Shown here one piece after another: positions 52,953-64,000 of a DNA stretch of 64,000 bases. The translations under genes and the position numbers were made by a program. The notes under the pieces were generated by a model that searched no databases, was not told the origin of the DNA, and worked only from the letters and a program-made list of their open reading frames with translations. Position 1 is the stretch's first letter; every line of letters begins with the position of its first letter. Source of the DNA: Octopus vulgaris (Eukaryota); NCBI GenBank assembly GCA_951406725.2, contig OX597814.1:156426001-156490000 (forward strand). Direction: 5' to 3'.

Positions 52953-54069
52953 ACCCCCACCCTAGTAAATTAATTCAGTATAACTTCCAACTCCATACAT
53001 ATAAACTCAATGCACCAACTGACCCCCTTAACAAAACTAACCCTCGTAACTACAATTATAATTCCAATGCTAACACCCTTAAACATACCACAACGCCTTC
53101 ACATAATAGAGAACATCCCAGAGAATAACCCCGGAAACAATAATTATCATACCATACAATCTAACAACACCACCCTCAACTCCTTATCAAATGATAACCT
53201 TAGCACCAACTATAATAACGAACCGAACACCGATTCCTTACTAAATAACAATCCCCTTACAAGCTCATCTGGAGCACCCCTACAAACCTATGTAAGCAAC
53301 CACTACTCTAGCTTCAAATCCCAAACAAAATGTAACAGCACATCGTTATCTCAACTTATAAGTAAATTAAACCCTTGATTCAATCCCTTACATTCTCAAA
53401 TAGTCCATAGTAACCCACGCCAAACCTTACAGTGGATATCACAAGTGTGATATCTGCATAGCCAAGGTCTTGGCTATTTTGCAATGCACGAACTGTCTGA
53501 TTGAACGCAGCAGTATAATGAACGCAGTATAATGAACACAGCAGTATAATAACACAAACCACCTGCGCTGAAATACGTGTAGCGTTGATTGATATTATCT
53601 TTTTTCCCCACAGGCTAATAACAGGTAAGGTATATATATATTTTTTTAAACATATTTAAATAATTTATAATTAATTGTAATGTACTTTATTCTTATTGTA
53701 CATTATAGTAGGTTTTAAAATGCTTATATTATCGGAGTAGTATTTTGGATATAATTTTCTATGTGTACTCCAGTAAATGAGGTTGTCCTGAAATTGAAGT
53801 TGTGGTCCTATTGGTAAAATCCCAAATTTGTAATAATAATATTATAACTGATAGTGTTTGCTTTGCAATAGTAAAGTGTAAAACAGTAAATATCCTGATA
53901 ACCTGGACTAATTATTATTCCCTAAGGTTTTTTAAATATATATATATATATATATATATATAATTGATATAGGATAAAAATTTTTTCGGGAAAAATTTTT
54001 ATCAATGGCCAGCATATCAAAAAATGCCTTTAAAGGTAAAATTTATACATGTATAAATTATGTATAAAT

Positions 54070-54132
<63 letters not shown>

Positions 54133-54135
<3 letters not shown>

Positions 54136-54383
54136 CGCAGGTGTAGCTGTGTGGTAAGTAGCTTGTTTACCGACCGGGTTCATTCCCACTGCGTGGCACC
54201 TTGGGCAAGTGTCTCGGGCCGACCATATATATATATGTATGTGTGTGTGTTTATGTGTTTGTGTTTGTCTTCCCAACATCGCTTGACAACCGATGGTTGT
54301 GTGTTTACGTCCCGGTAAACCTTAGTACTAGGCTTACAACGAATAAGCACGGCCACAGACAAATGAGTAAAAGAGTAAAGAGT
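54133..54383 (+). mobile_element. SINE family A, internally deleted
   Basis: Head, GGCACCTTGGGCAAGTGTC core and tail are present, with several deletions. Confidence 0.85.
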
Positions 54384-54550
54384 ATATATATATATATATA
54401 TATGAGGAGACCCCATTCGGTCATGAATGATCATGAGATTGCACATAGAAAGTTACCCTCATAGGTACAAGTCTAGGCAAGGTTGTTTGTGGAGCGCCAG
54501 CAGTCGTCCCCTCTCCTCACCACTGATGATATCCAAGGAAAAAGCATATA

Positions 54551-54610
<60 letters not shown>

Positions 54611-55259
54611 AAATATAATATAATATAATATAATATAATATAATATAATAATATAATATAATATAATAAAACATAATATAATATATACAATACACACGTG
54701 AATACATTTTCCATATTTGTAAATGTATACAACGACTTGATATCTCATCATACTTACAAATCTACGTTGACTTCATTGTGTCTAAAAGATTTACTCTTGT
54801 TTGGGTGCATTCATAAAGGACAGCGTTCAAAAAGATATCTTTGGAAAACTATTCAGTCCAGTTTATCACTTTGCTGTTTGATGCAGATCAATATCTCAGC
54901 TTAATCCTTGTCATAAGATTTCTGTCAGATCAAACAAAGACAGTCGCTCCACTATGTGCATTTGTGTGTGTGTGTATGAACGTATATATGTATGCACGTT
55001 TGTGTGTATGCATATATGTATGTATGTATGATATGTATGTATGTGTATGCTTGTATATATGTACATATGGATACATATATACATATATATGAATACGTAT
55101 GTGTATTGTGTGAGCGCGAGCATATGGAAGGTGGGATGGATGTAAAAATGAGAGAGCGTCACTAGGATAACTCACTTAAACGTTCATTTTGGTTAAGCGC
55201 GTGATTTTGCATTGAAGGAAAGCAACGGTTATTTCTGACAGTTAAGCAGAGTAATCACG

Positions 55260-55300
<41 letters not shown>

Positions 55301-55334
55301 CATGTCCTTCTAAATCCTTTCTCCTATATGTACA

Positions 55335-55505
55335 AGGCCTGTACATCAATCCCAATACTTGACTGGTGCTTTTTTTCTTTTTTTAGCGACCCCGAAAAGA
55401 TGAAAGCCAAAGTCGACCTCGGTGGAATTTGAACTCAGAGCGTAGCGACAGGCGATATGCCGCTAAGCATTTCCCCCGGCGTGCTAGTAACTCTGCCAGC
55501 TCGCT
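55335..55505 (-). mobile_element. SINE family B
   Basis: AAAGTCGACCTCGGTGGAATTTGAACTCAG..CTGCCAGCTCGC is the reverse complement of the family B head. Confidence 0.85.
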
Positions 55506-55571
55506 GTATTTTTCTTCCTCTAAATGCACTCAATGTATAACTGCGCATAGTATTGAATTTTCTGTCTTTTT

Positions 55572-55783
55572 TACTCTCTTTTACTCTTTTACTTGTTACA
55601 GTCATTTGACTGTGGCCATGCTGGAGCACCGCCTTTAGTCGAGCAAATCGACTCCAGGACTTATTCTTTGGAAGCCTAGTACTTATTCTATCGGCATATT
55701 TTGCCGAACCGCTAAGTTACGGAGAGGCAAACACACCAGCATCGGTTGTCAAGCGATGTTGGGGAACAAACACAGACACACAA

Positions 55784-55874
<91 letters not shown>

Positions 55875-56032
55875 CATACGACGGGATTCTTTCAGTTTCC
55901 GTCTACCAAATCCATTCACAAGGCTTTGGTCGGCCCGAGGCTATAATAGAAGACACTTGCCCAAGGTGCCATGCAGTGGGACTAAACCCGGAACCATGTG
56001 GTCGGTAAGCAAGCTACTTACCACACAGCCAC
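55572..56032 (-). mobile_element. SINE family A, full length, with (CA)n(TA)n expansion
   Basis: Reverse complement of 51411-51823. Confidence 0.95.
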
Positions 56033-56353
56033 TTCGACATTTTCAGTTGATATTATTCATGTAGAGTATGAAAAGTTATTGCGTATACAGTAGTATGTAT
56101 AATGCTGAAGTATGTAAACTTTTGCTTACGGTAGCAATGTATGTATACACCAGTATGTAGCAGTATTTGGTACTAATGTATATATGATATAGTAATGTAT
56201 ATGTGGCAGAGCATTAAATAGTTTGAATATGTGACTGATGGTGTGTGCGCACGGTTACTATTGCTCAATGTATGTGTCGTGTAGTGACGTTGAGTACATT
56301 AGTTGAGAGAATTCTTGCGTTTTATGTAATGAACAATATTTAGTGAAGTGTAA

Positions 56354-56680
56354 AGCGGCGAGCTGGCAGAAATGTTAGCACGCCGGGTGAAATGCTTAGC
56401 AGTATTTCGTCTACCGCTACGTTCTGAGTTCAAATTCCGCCGAGGTCGACTTTGCCTTTCATCCTTTCGGGGTCGATAAATTAAGTACCAGTTACGACCT
56501 GGGGTCGATATAATCGACTTAATCCATTTGTCTGTCCTTGTTTGTCCCCTCTGTGTGTAGCCCCTTGTAGGCAGTAAAGAAATAAGAAACGTTAGCACGC
56601 CGGGCGAAATGCTTATTGGTATTTCGTTTGTCTTTACGTTCTGAGTTCAAATTCCGCCGAGGTAGACTTTACCTTTCATC
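56354..56680 (+). mobile_element. SINE family B plus a partial tandem second unit
   Basis: Full unit 56354-56586, then the head repeats from GAAACGTTAGCACGCCGGG. Confidence 0.9.
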
Positions 56681-57058
56681 AAGTGCTACGTTGACCAGAT
56701 CCTAAGACCTCACATCGTACCCTTCTGCGAGCGTCACCATAGCCACGTGTTCCAGCAGGACAATACTCCCTCCCACACGGCCAGTGTCACCATGGATTTC
56801 CTGCGTCAATACAACATCGGAACTATGCTGTGGCCTGCTCTCAGCCAGGATTTGAACCCAATTGAACACTTGTAGGATGAAATCCAGAGACGGCTGAACT
56901 AGGTGGTCCCAAGGCCGACTACTCGTGTGGAACAGGAGGCAGCTTTCCTCAGGATGTGAACATAGGTGCCAATGGCTTTTGTGAACCACCTCATGCAGTC
57001 TATGTGCAGACAGTATATGGCCGTTTTGAACACCCAACGAAGGCATACACGATATTGA
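56681..57058 (+). mobile_element. Tc1-type (DD34E) transposase C-terminal remnant
   Basis: YVDQILRPHIVPF..VFQQDNTPSHTA..WPALSQDLNPIEHL*DEI..HTRY*, with in-frame stops. Confidence 0.9.
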
Positions 57059-57329
57059 ACAAGGCACGCTCTACAATCTCGATGTGCTGGATCCACCCAC
57101 TACCAGAACACATGACAGCAACCCACAGACTGTAGTCAAAGTGAATCCAAGAAATTAACTTTATCAGATTTATCAAAATTTATCTCTGACATAAAATTAA
57201 AATAGATTTCACAGTCACACACGTCTGCCCTGAATGCTGAAGCAAAGCAAGGTTTCACAGGCAAAAACACATCAAATTAATGGCATTCCATTCATGACCA
57301 AGCATAATGAGTCAAATAGTCGGAGCCTA

Positions 57330-57850
57330 CTAATAGTCGGATCCTTCCCACGTGTGATAGTAGCTTTTCAACATAACACCACCAGTCAACAATGCTCAAA
57401 CACTCTCAAGCCCATGCAAGACGATTTTGCTGTTCTGCTTACATATCAAGCAACGGATGGCACTATCATGCCTGTAGATTTATTCAGAACTGACAAAGCT
57501 CTCCCTGCACGTACACGAACATTTGTAGCACTGCTAAGCCAGGGATTTTTAGAAATTTTCCATGGGCCATACCCCGAATGTCATCCGATAAAAGACCACC
57601 TAGTTGATTTTCATTGACACCCAAAGTTTCCAGCGAAGATATTTTCACTTTTACCACCACAAATTCTCTGTAGAAAGCTCTAATGGAACATCCACTGACC
57701 TCATTATCCGACTGGCAGACAGCGCCGTACCTCAGTCAACGCTTTATTTAGTACTGCACCTCTATCAGAGACGAGCTGCAGAAAAGAGTGCCAGGTAGAA
57801 GAGCATCAACGAAACGCTGGAGATATCGTAGCCTTTGCGCTTCAACCCGA
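57330..57850 (-). mobile_element. L1/Tx1-like LINE 3' remnant (zf-RVT region)
   Basis: Minus strand RLRYLQRF..RAFYREFV..LGVNENQL..PMENF*KSLA*QCY..YRHDSAIRCLICKQNSKIVLH. Confidence 0.65.
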
Positions 57851-58352
57851 ATATCTGCTTGACAACAATACCTGCTTGATATCAAAGAATTTATTGCTAT
57901 TAAAGAATTTATTACCAGCAGGTGGTCTACGGAAGAACCAGACAGATACTGACACAATTTAGAGTGTTTTAATTTATTGTATGTTTTATCATTCTTTATT
58001 CTTTGTATTTTGCGTTTTCCTCAATTACTTCCTGTCTGTATCCCCAGTCTAGCAACTTAATATATTCCTTGTCATTCCTTATCATTCCTCATTGTATTTT
58101 ACATACGACTACTATCAACATGTTCTAGTTAAACTTAGGCGCGAAGCGCCGCTTATGTTACACAAAACCAAGTTATATTATCTGAAGAGATGCTTCTGTA
58201 CTGTGGAGTGCATTGGAATTCACTGTATAGATTTTCACCCACGTGGGAGAGGTGCAGGATGTGTCGAAACGAACGTTGTGGTAATTAAACTTACCAGTAC
58301 ACTCAATCTTCCGTATCAGTTGTTTCTATTATGCGTGTGTGTGCGCGTGTGA

Positions 58353-58397
<45 letters not shown>

Positions 58398-58402
<5 letters not shown>

Positions 58403-58720
58403 ATATTTCGGAATGGTCATTTTGCCAGTTTAGCCAATAAAAACACACGCACTATATATTTGGTGTTATTTTGCTTCAGTGTTATTTATTTTCTACATTA
58501 ATCTTAATCTTATTTCGGCCAGAGTTCTTTCGTCACACTCCTGTAACTGCATCAGTGGTCCTTTGTTTTCTTCTTTCTTATTTGTGTCTCTCCTTACTAA
58601 CCGTCAGTCATTTTGTATTTCTATTGTATGTCTTCATTTGCTCATGGTTAATCTTTTAGCAAGAGCAAAATGGGGTATGTATGTCTCTGAATAATGAACT
58701 GAAAATTGCGAATCATTATA
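58398..58720 (-). mobile_element. Short element next to (TA)n with a hammerhead-like motif at 58517-58561
   Basis: GGACCA-CUGAUGC-A-GUUACA(GGAG)UGUGAC-GAAA-GAACU-C-UGGCC; the element end ATATTTCGG.ATGGTCATTTT recurs at ~18251. Confidence 0.55.
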
Positions 58721-60579
58721 TATATTGTGATAAGAGCTTTTCCTACTCACGGTGCATCCGCTCTACATATAATATGTATATAGGATTTTATTTGTAAGAA
58801 ATGTAGCTATTAATTCTGACTTGTCTGGTGACTGCTTTGAGACTCCCTCTTTTGCTAATGATACAGTATTTTCAGGATGCAACTATTAGGAAAAATCATA
58901 AACAAATTTAGAATATATACATTTAACTTAGAGCAATACATGCATAATATCCATTTTTAAAGATGCAGGTGTTATTGTATGGATAAATATCTATGATTAA
59001 TTTCTACTTCATAAAATAAGTGAACAGGAAGGAAGAAATAATGAGACAATCTCCCCATTTAATCTAATCGCAGTGAAACCTTTATCGCGCTCATCGTTGA
59101 CAATGCTTTCATACACATGTTCTTTTATTCACTCTCTATCTCTCTCTCTCTCTCTCTCTCTCCCGTTGTCTCTCTCTCTCTCTCTCTTCGATCGCTTGTT
59201 CGCTCTCTAGATTGGCTGATACTGTCATATTTCTTTATATGTGTAGCGATTGAAACTCGATATTGTTCAAGAAACTCGGTTACCATTCTCAATGTTTGAG
59301 TGAAGAAATAATTATAAATATGAAACGAGAACTTTGCCAAAATAACAAAACAAACATCTTATTATATCTCAGATGTCTATATTGAATTAAATTTATTAAA
59401 GAATATATAATACAAGGAATTAGTAATAATCAACGGTTTACTCGATAAGATTTTATTTTCTTTACGGATTATTGAGAGAAGTAAAGTTAGCACAGACGAC
59501 ACGCTATGCAACGTCTCTAAGACCAGTGAGGGGAAAGAGAATAATAAACCGCAATTCATGGAGTGGGGTACAGTGAGCATTAAAAGTAAAGTAAAAATAA
59601 ATAAAACAGTCTTGCTTGGTTTCGAGGATGAAGATTCAGTTATTCAATCAACTGAACTAACCTGCTCATTGAATCAGCATGTAAGTGGCTGAGTATTCCA
59701 AAGACATGAGCACTATTAACATAAGCTTCAAATAGAATCAGCATAGCACAATGAGCGACAAGGCCGTGCCGTTTGAATTACAGGCATAAACTATCCGGTG
59801 GGCTTCCACACTGTTTCCAAATTCCACTCACATGATATGGGTTGACTCGAGTCAAGAGTAAAAGAAATTTACCTTAGGTGCTACATAGGGGGGATCGAAC
59901 CTGTGACCCCGTGATCATTAACTAAACTTAATCATTCAGCCATGTTGCATCCATATATGAAAAACAGTGCTTTCCATATAGTATGAAGTAATGCTTCAAA
60001 ATAACGAGTCATTTTCAGGTTTGAAACTTTGTCCATAAGTTTGCAACTGAGAGGGTTCCACTGAAGGCACTCAGAAGTTTAGCGGTGATATTAAATCGGT
60101 CGTCGTATTAAGACTTAAATCATGTCAACCAATAAAGTTCCAGACATAAAAAGATATCTCTAAAGTAAATTAGTGTTTTGTATAGCACTCTTTCATTCCT
60201 ACATATTCTAGAATAATAAGCGTAACAAAATCCTCTATATAGAGAGAGAAATATCAATGATACAGGCTCAAAGCATCACATTGCGAGTAGATTATGCTTT
60301 ACAGAAAAGGGTTAATTAGAACGAAACACCTACTTTCCTTTCACTGGATATTTTTCGATGCAAGATTCACTCCCAGCTTCACTGACAGTATTTTCCCAAA
60401 ATTTCGATCAACTGAACTAAATGGAGTTATCTCACTTGTACGTTGTTCCTTTAGTTCAAAGACGCAACAAGAGGGAACTTTTGCAAACAAATTGCGTGGA
60501 TAATCTGTTAATCAACGTCTTTCAGGTGACTCATTACATATGTGAAGCTTTACTTGGTATTATAGATCAATTAAAATGA

Positions 60580-62030
60580 CCCCATTACTTCACTGGTACT
60601 TGTATATATTTAATTGACCCCGGAACTATGAAATACATAGTTGGTTTTGCGGAAGGAATTGAAATATTCTTTTCTACTCTAGGCACAAGGCCCGAAATTT
60701 TGGGAGAGGGGGCCAGTCGATTAGATCGACTCCAGTACGCAACTGGTACTAAATTTATCGACGCCGAAAGGATGAAAAGCAAAGTCGACCTCGGTGGAAT
60801 TTGAACTCACAGCGTAAAGGCAGACGAAATACCTATTTCTTTACTACCCACAAGGGGCTAAACACAGACAGAACAAATAAGGACAGACAAACGGATTAAG
60901 TCGATTATATCGACTCCAGTGCGTAACTGATACTTAGTTGATCGACCCCGAAAGAATGAAAGGCAAAGTCGACCTCGGCCGAATTTGAACTCAGAACGTA
61001 ACGGCAGACGAAATATCGCAAAGCATTTCGCCCGGCGTGCTAACGATTCTGCCAGCTCGCCGCCCTGAAAGACCAGAAATATTAATTCATAACAAAGCAC
61101 AAAACCTCTGATCTGGAGGGAGATTGTATTCAATTAATATCGATCTCATTATTTGATTGGTAGTTGTTTCATTAACTACAGAATTATGAAAGACAAAGTT
61201 GACTTTGATACGATTTGAAATCAGAATATAAAAGAGAATAAATAATTACTACTAGACATTTTGTCCGACACTCTAACAATTTTTCCAACTCACTGCTGCG
61301 GATTAATTATAAATATTATTTACTATGATAAATTTTGTACAGGCTCGTGGCATAGTGGTTAGGGTGTTGAACTCATGATTCCTGGACCAGGCGATGCGTT
61401 GTATTCTTGAGCAAAACACTTCATTTCACGTTGCTCCAGTCCGCTCAGCTGGCAAAAATGAGTAATCCTGCGACGGACCGGCGTCCCGTCCAGATGGGGA
61501 ATTTCTACGCCACTGAAACCGGGAAACCGGCCCTTATGACCCTGGCATGGCTCGAGAAGGAACATTTATTTATAATAAATTTTAGATTATTAGATATTAT
61601 ATTAAGAACACAAATCACGATTCAAGGATGTTTAATTATATGATATATCGGTTTCAAATTTTGACACAAGGTTATAAATTCGGGGGCTAAGTCGTTTATA
61701 TAGACCCTAGATCTCAATAGGGACTTATTTTATCGACCCTGAAAAGAGGAAAGGTAAAGTTGATCTCGGAGGAATTTGAATTCAGAACAGGTACTCAGAA
61801 CGAAATGTCACTAAGCATTTTGCCCGATATGTTAACGATTCTGCCAGCTCTCCGTCTTAATTATATGAAATATTAGAAATATGATTGTTCAAATTCTGCC
61901 GCGGTTGACTTTGCCTTTCATCTTTTCGGGATCGATAAAACAAAGTACCAGTCAAGTACATGGGTCGATATACTTAACTTTCTCCACTTTCTAAAACTGC
62001 TGGTATTGTGCGAAAATTTGAAACAAATAT
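60580..62030. mobile_element. SINE cluster: about six family B copies (mostly minus; plus-strand copy at ~61885-62030) and one family C copy
   Basis: Repeated AAAGTCGACCTCGG..ATTTGAACTCAG motifs at ~60780, ~60965, ~61195 and ~61755. Confidence 0.85.
61340..61565 (+). mobile_element. tRNA-derived SINE family C with V/Meta-SINE-like central domain
   Basis: TGGCATAGTGGTTAG head, CCTGCGACGGACCGGCGTCCCGTCCAG and GAAACCGGG..GGCTCG; the domain assignment is from memory of those consensus sequences. Confidence 0.7.
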
Positions 62031-62959
62031 TACAAACACGGTTTATAGCAGAATCAGAATTTATATCCTTGTTTCTGTGTTCCTCATCGTATCAAAAGTT
62101 CGAAGTATTTTTGATACGATGAGGGTCGTTATGTATATGTTCGTTAATTATAGAATATATGCTCGTTGTATATATATGGATGAGGTATGTGTTTTTTATG
62201 TCAGTGTGAGCTTGTAAGTATTCCTCCCATTCAGACAAGATAAACACAGACACATTCAGAAACTCGCACAAACACATTCACACGCATACACAGAGAGAGA
62301 GCGGGGAGAGAAAGAATGCAATACAACACAACACAACACATAAAAATTCAGCAAATAGCAACTGAATCAGTCATGTAATTAGCAGGAACCAAAGGAGTCA
62401 TCACATGGTCGCTCGGTCTACAAGATATAGCAGTCAAACCTTCCTAAAAGTGACACATTACTATCTTAAATGCATCTTGTTGGATAATGTTATCCTGCAT
62501 TACTTACACAAGAAAAAGACGGGATGGCACAGCAGGAAAATTTTGGTTCAGAGCTGACCCGATACTAAACTACGATAACAACAATAATTGATTAGCTTCA
62601 ACTATCTTGCTGATATACACTCCACCAGAAGATCAAAAGTTGTGATCCACCAAAGTCCGCCACAACCTACAGTTGTACTGAATAAGACTGGTCAATGCAG
62701 AACTACTAATCACAGCGACTCAGAGAATGGTACTCGTGTTGTACAAGTGTTTATCCCGATAATTCAATGACGTATAGATCTCTCTCTCTTTATGATGATC
62801 TCATTCGTTATCCTCTCGACGGAAAATCCTAGAGCGATAGACGAGTGACAATATATGCAGACTAATTGGAAACGCACAGTAAGTTACAGCTTTTGCCTGC
62901 CACCTATGCTTCAAACCATGCAGACCTACAACATGTAAAGTCGTGGATGGAAAATCAGA

Positions 62960-63573
62960 TATGCCATGGACAATGGTAAAAGGGGAAATGCTCAACCACA
63001 ACCGAGAAGGGAACTTCATGGGAAAAAGGTTTTTCTCTCTATCTGGTGGGATTGCAAAGGAGTAATTCACTTTGAATTGTTACCACCTAATGCACAATCA
63101 ATGCTCAAGTCTACTGTCAGCAATTAGGGTGTTTGAACCAAGCTTTGAAGAAAAGAAGACCCGCTTTAGTGAATCGAAAAGGAGTGATGTTTCATCAGGA
63201 CAATGCGCGACCCCACACTGCAAATATCACATCACAGAAGATCGAAGAGCTTGGTTGGGAAAAAATACCTCATCCACCTTATTTTCCCGACCTTGCTCCT
63301 TCATACTACCATTTGTTTCGTAATTTACAGAATCATTTGGGGGACATAACTTTCGCAAACCAGGAGGAGGTCGAAACTGACATTTCAGAGTTCTTCGCTT
63401 TGAAAGCAAAAGAGTTTTACATTGATGGGATTAAAAAGCTTGTAAATAGATGGAAGAAAGTCATAGATAATCAAGAAAAGTACATGGATGATTAAATTTC
63501 ATTTAAATATAACATTTGATCACTTGTTTTCTTTATTCAAAATTCGGACAGAACTTATGGGATGACTTGATAT
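62960..63573 (+). mobile_element. Mariner transposon 3' half with right TIR
   Basis: LHGKKVFLSIWWDCKGVIHFELLP, FHQDNARPH, HPPYFPDLAPSYYHLF and GIKKLVNRWKKVI; TIR-like CGGACAGAACTTATGGGATGACTTGA followed by TA. Confidence 0.92.
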
Positions 63574-64000
63574 ATATGTAGGTGTGGATGTGAGGGGGTA
63601 TTATCTGACACAAACGCATACACATATACATATGAAGAAAAAGTAAGTGTCAGAACTAGATAACAAAAGGGAAGCAAAAGAAGAGATGTGAGAGTAACAA
63701 AAGACATACATATTCACATACACACGCACGCGTGCATGCGCGCGCGAACGCACGCATACATATGTATATACAGACAAACTGAGAAAGAAAAAAGTAAATG
63801 GAAAGAAACGGGAAAGATAAAGTTAGAGAAGATTGAAAAAACAAAAAGAAAGGAAGTGTGACAACAATAATGAATATCGAGATGCAGGGAAAGGAAAAAG
63901 ATAAGAGGAATAAAGAGAGAGATGGAGAAAGATGCAGGAGAAAAGCGTAAGATTTCCACCCGGCAACAAGAAAGTATTTAATGTGCCAGGGTAAAGAAAA

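Noticed and set aside
54758-54923. Minus-strand exon ending in a GTAAGT donor
   Set aside because: There are stops in all three frames from the acceptor; at best it is non-coding, and it is unsupported.
57234-57617. 127-aa plus-strand ORF
   Set aside because: It is an antisense shadow of the L1/Tx1-like remnant on the minus strand.
59290-59345. Hammerhead-like GTGAAGA..GAAACGAG
   Set aside because: Stems I and III do not pair convincingly.
63133-63495. SETMAR-like host gene
   Set aside because: Only the mariner catalytic C-terminus is present, with upstream frameshifts, a TIR, no SET domain and the third catalytic Asp replaced (APSYY); this is a transposon fossil.

Overview
AT-rich eukaryotic, repeat-saturated DNA with very dense (TA)n, (CA)n, (TACA)n, (TAGA)n and (TAA)n microsatellites. 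The SINE and LINE families present are those I associate with Octopus (coleoid cephalopod) genomes. No intact host protein-coding gene, rRNA, tRNA or CRISPR array can be supported, and most ORFs in the track are microsatellite artefacts; the window reads as intronic or intergenic. Recognisable content: (1) many tRNA-derived SINEs of at least three families; (2) decayed RLE-type (R4/Dong-like) LINEs, several sitting inside TAA-type microsatellites; (3) L1/Tx1-like and CR1-like LINE fragments and a short non-autonomous RTE-like element; (4) the 5' half of a Gypsy (Mag-like) element with LTR, PBS, gag and protease; (5) two mariner remnants and one Tc1 remnant; (6) a complete non-autonomous Helitron; (7) foldback/MITE-like elements. 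The most interesting signal is a set of short, mutually unrelated non-coding elements embedded in (TA)n tracts that carry minimal type I hammerhead-ribozyme motifs with non-canonical cores, including a compensatory G3:C8 swap. They occur with inverted pseudo-LTR-like palindromes and a Penelope-like ORF remnant. All alignments were done by eye; boundaries of old elements are approximate.
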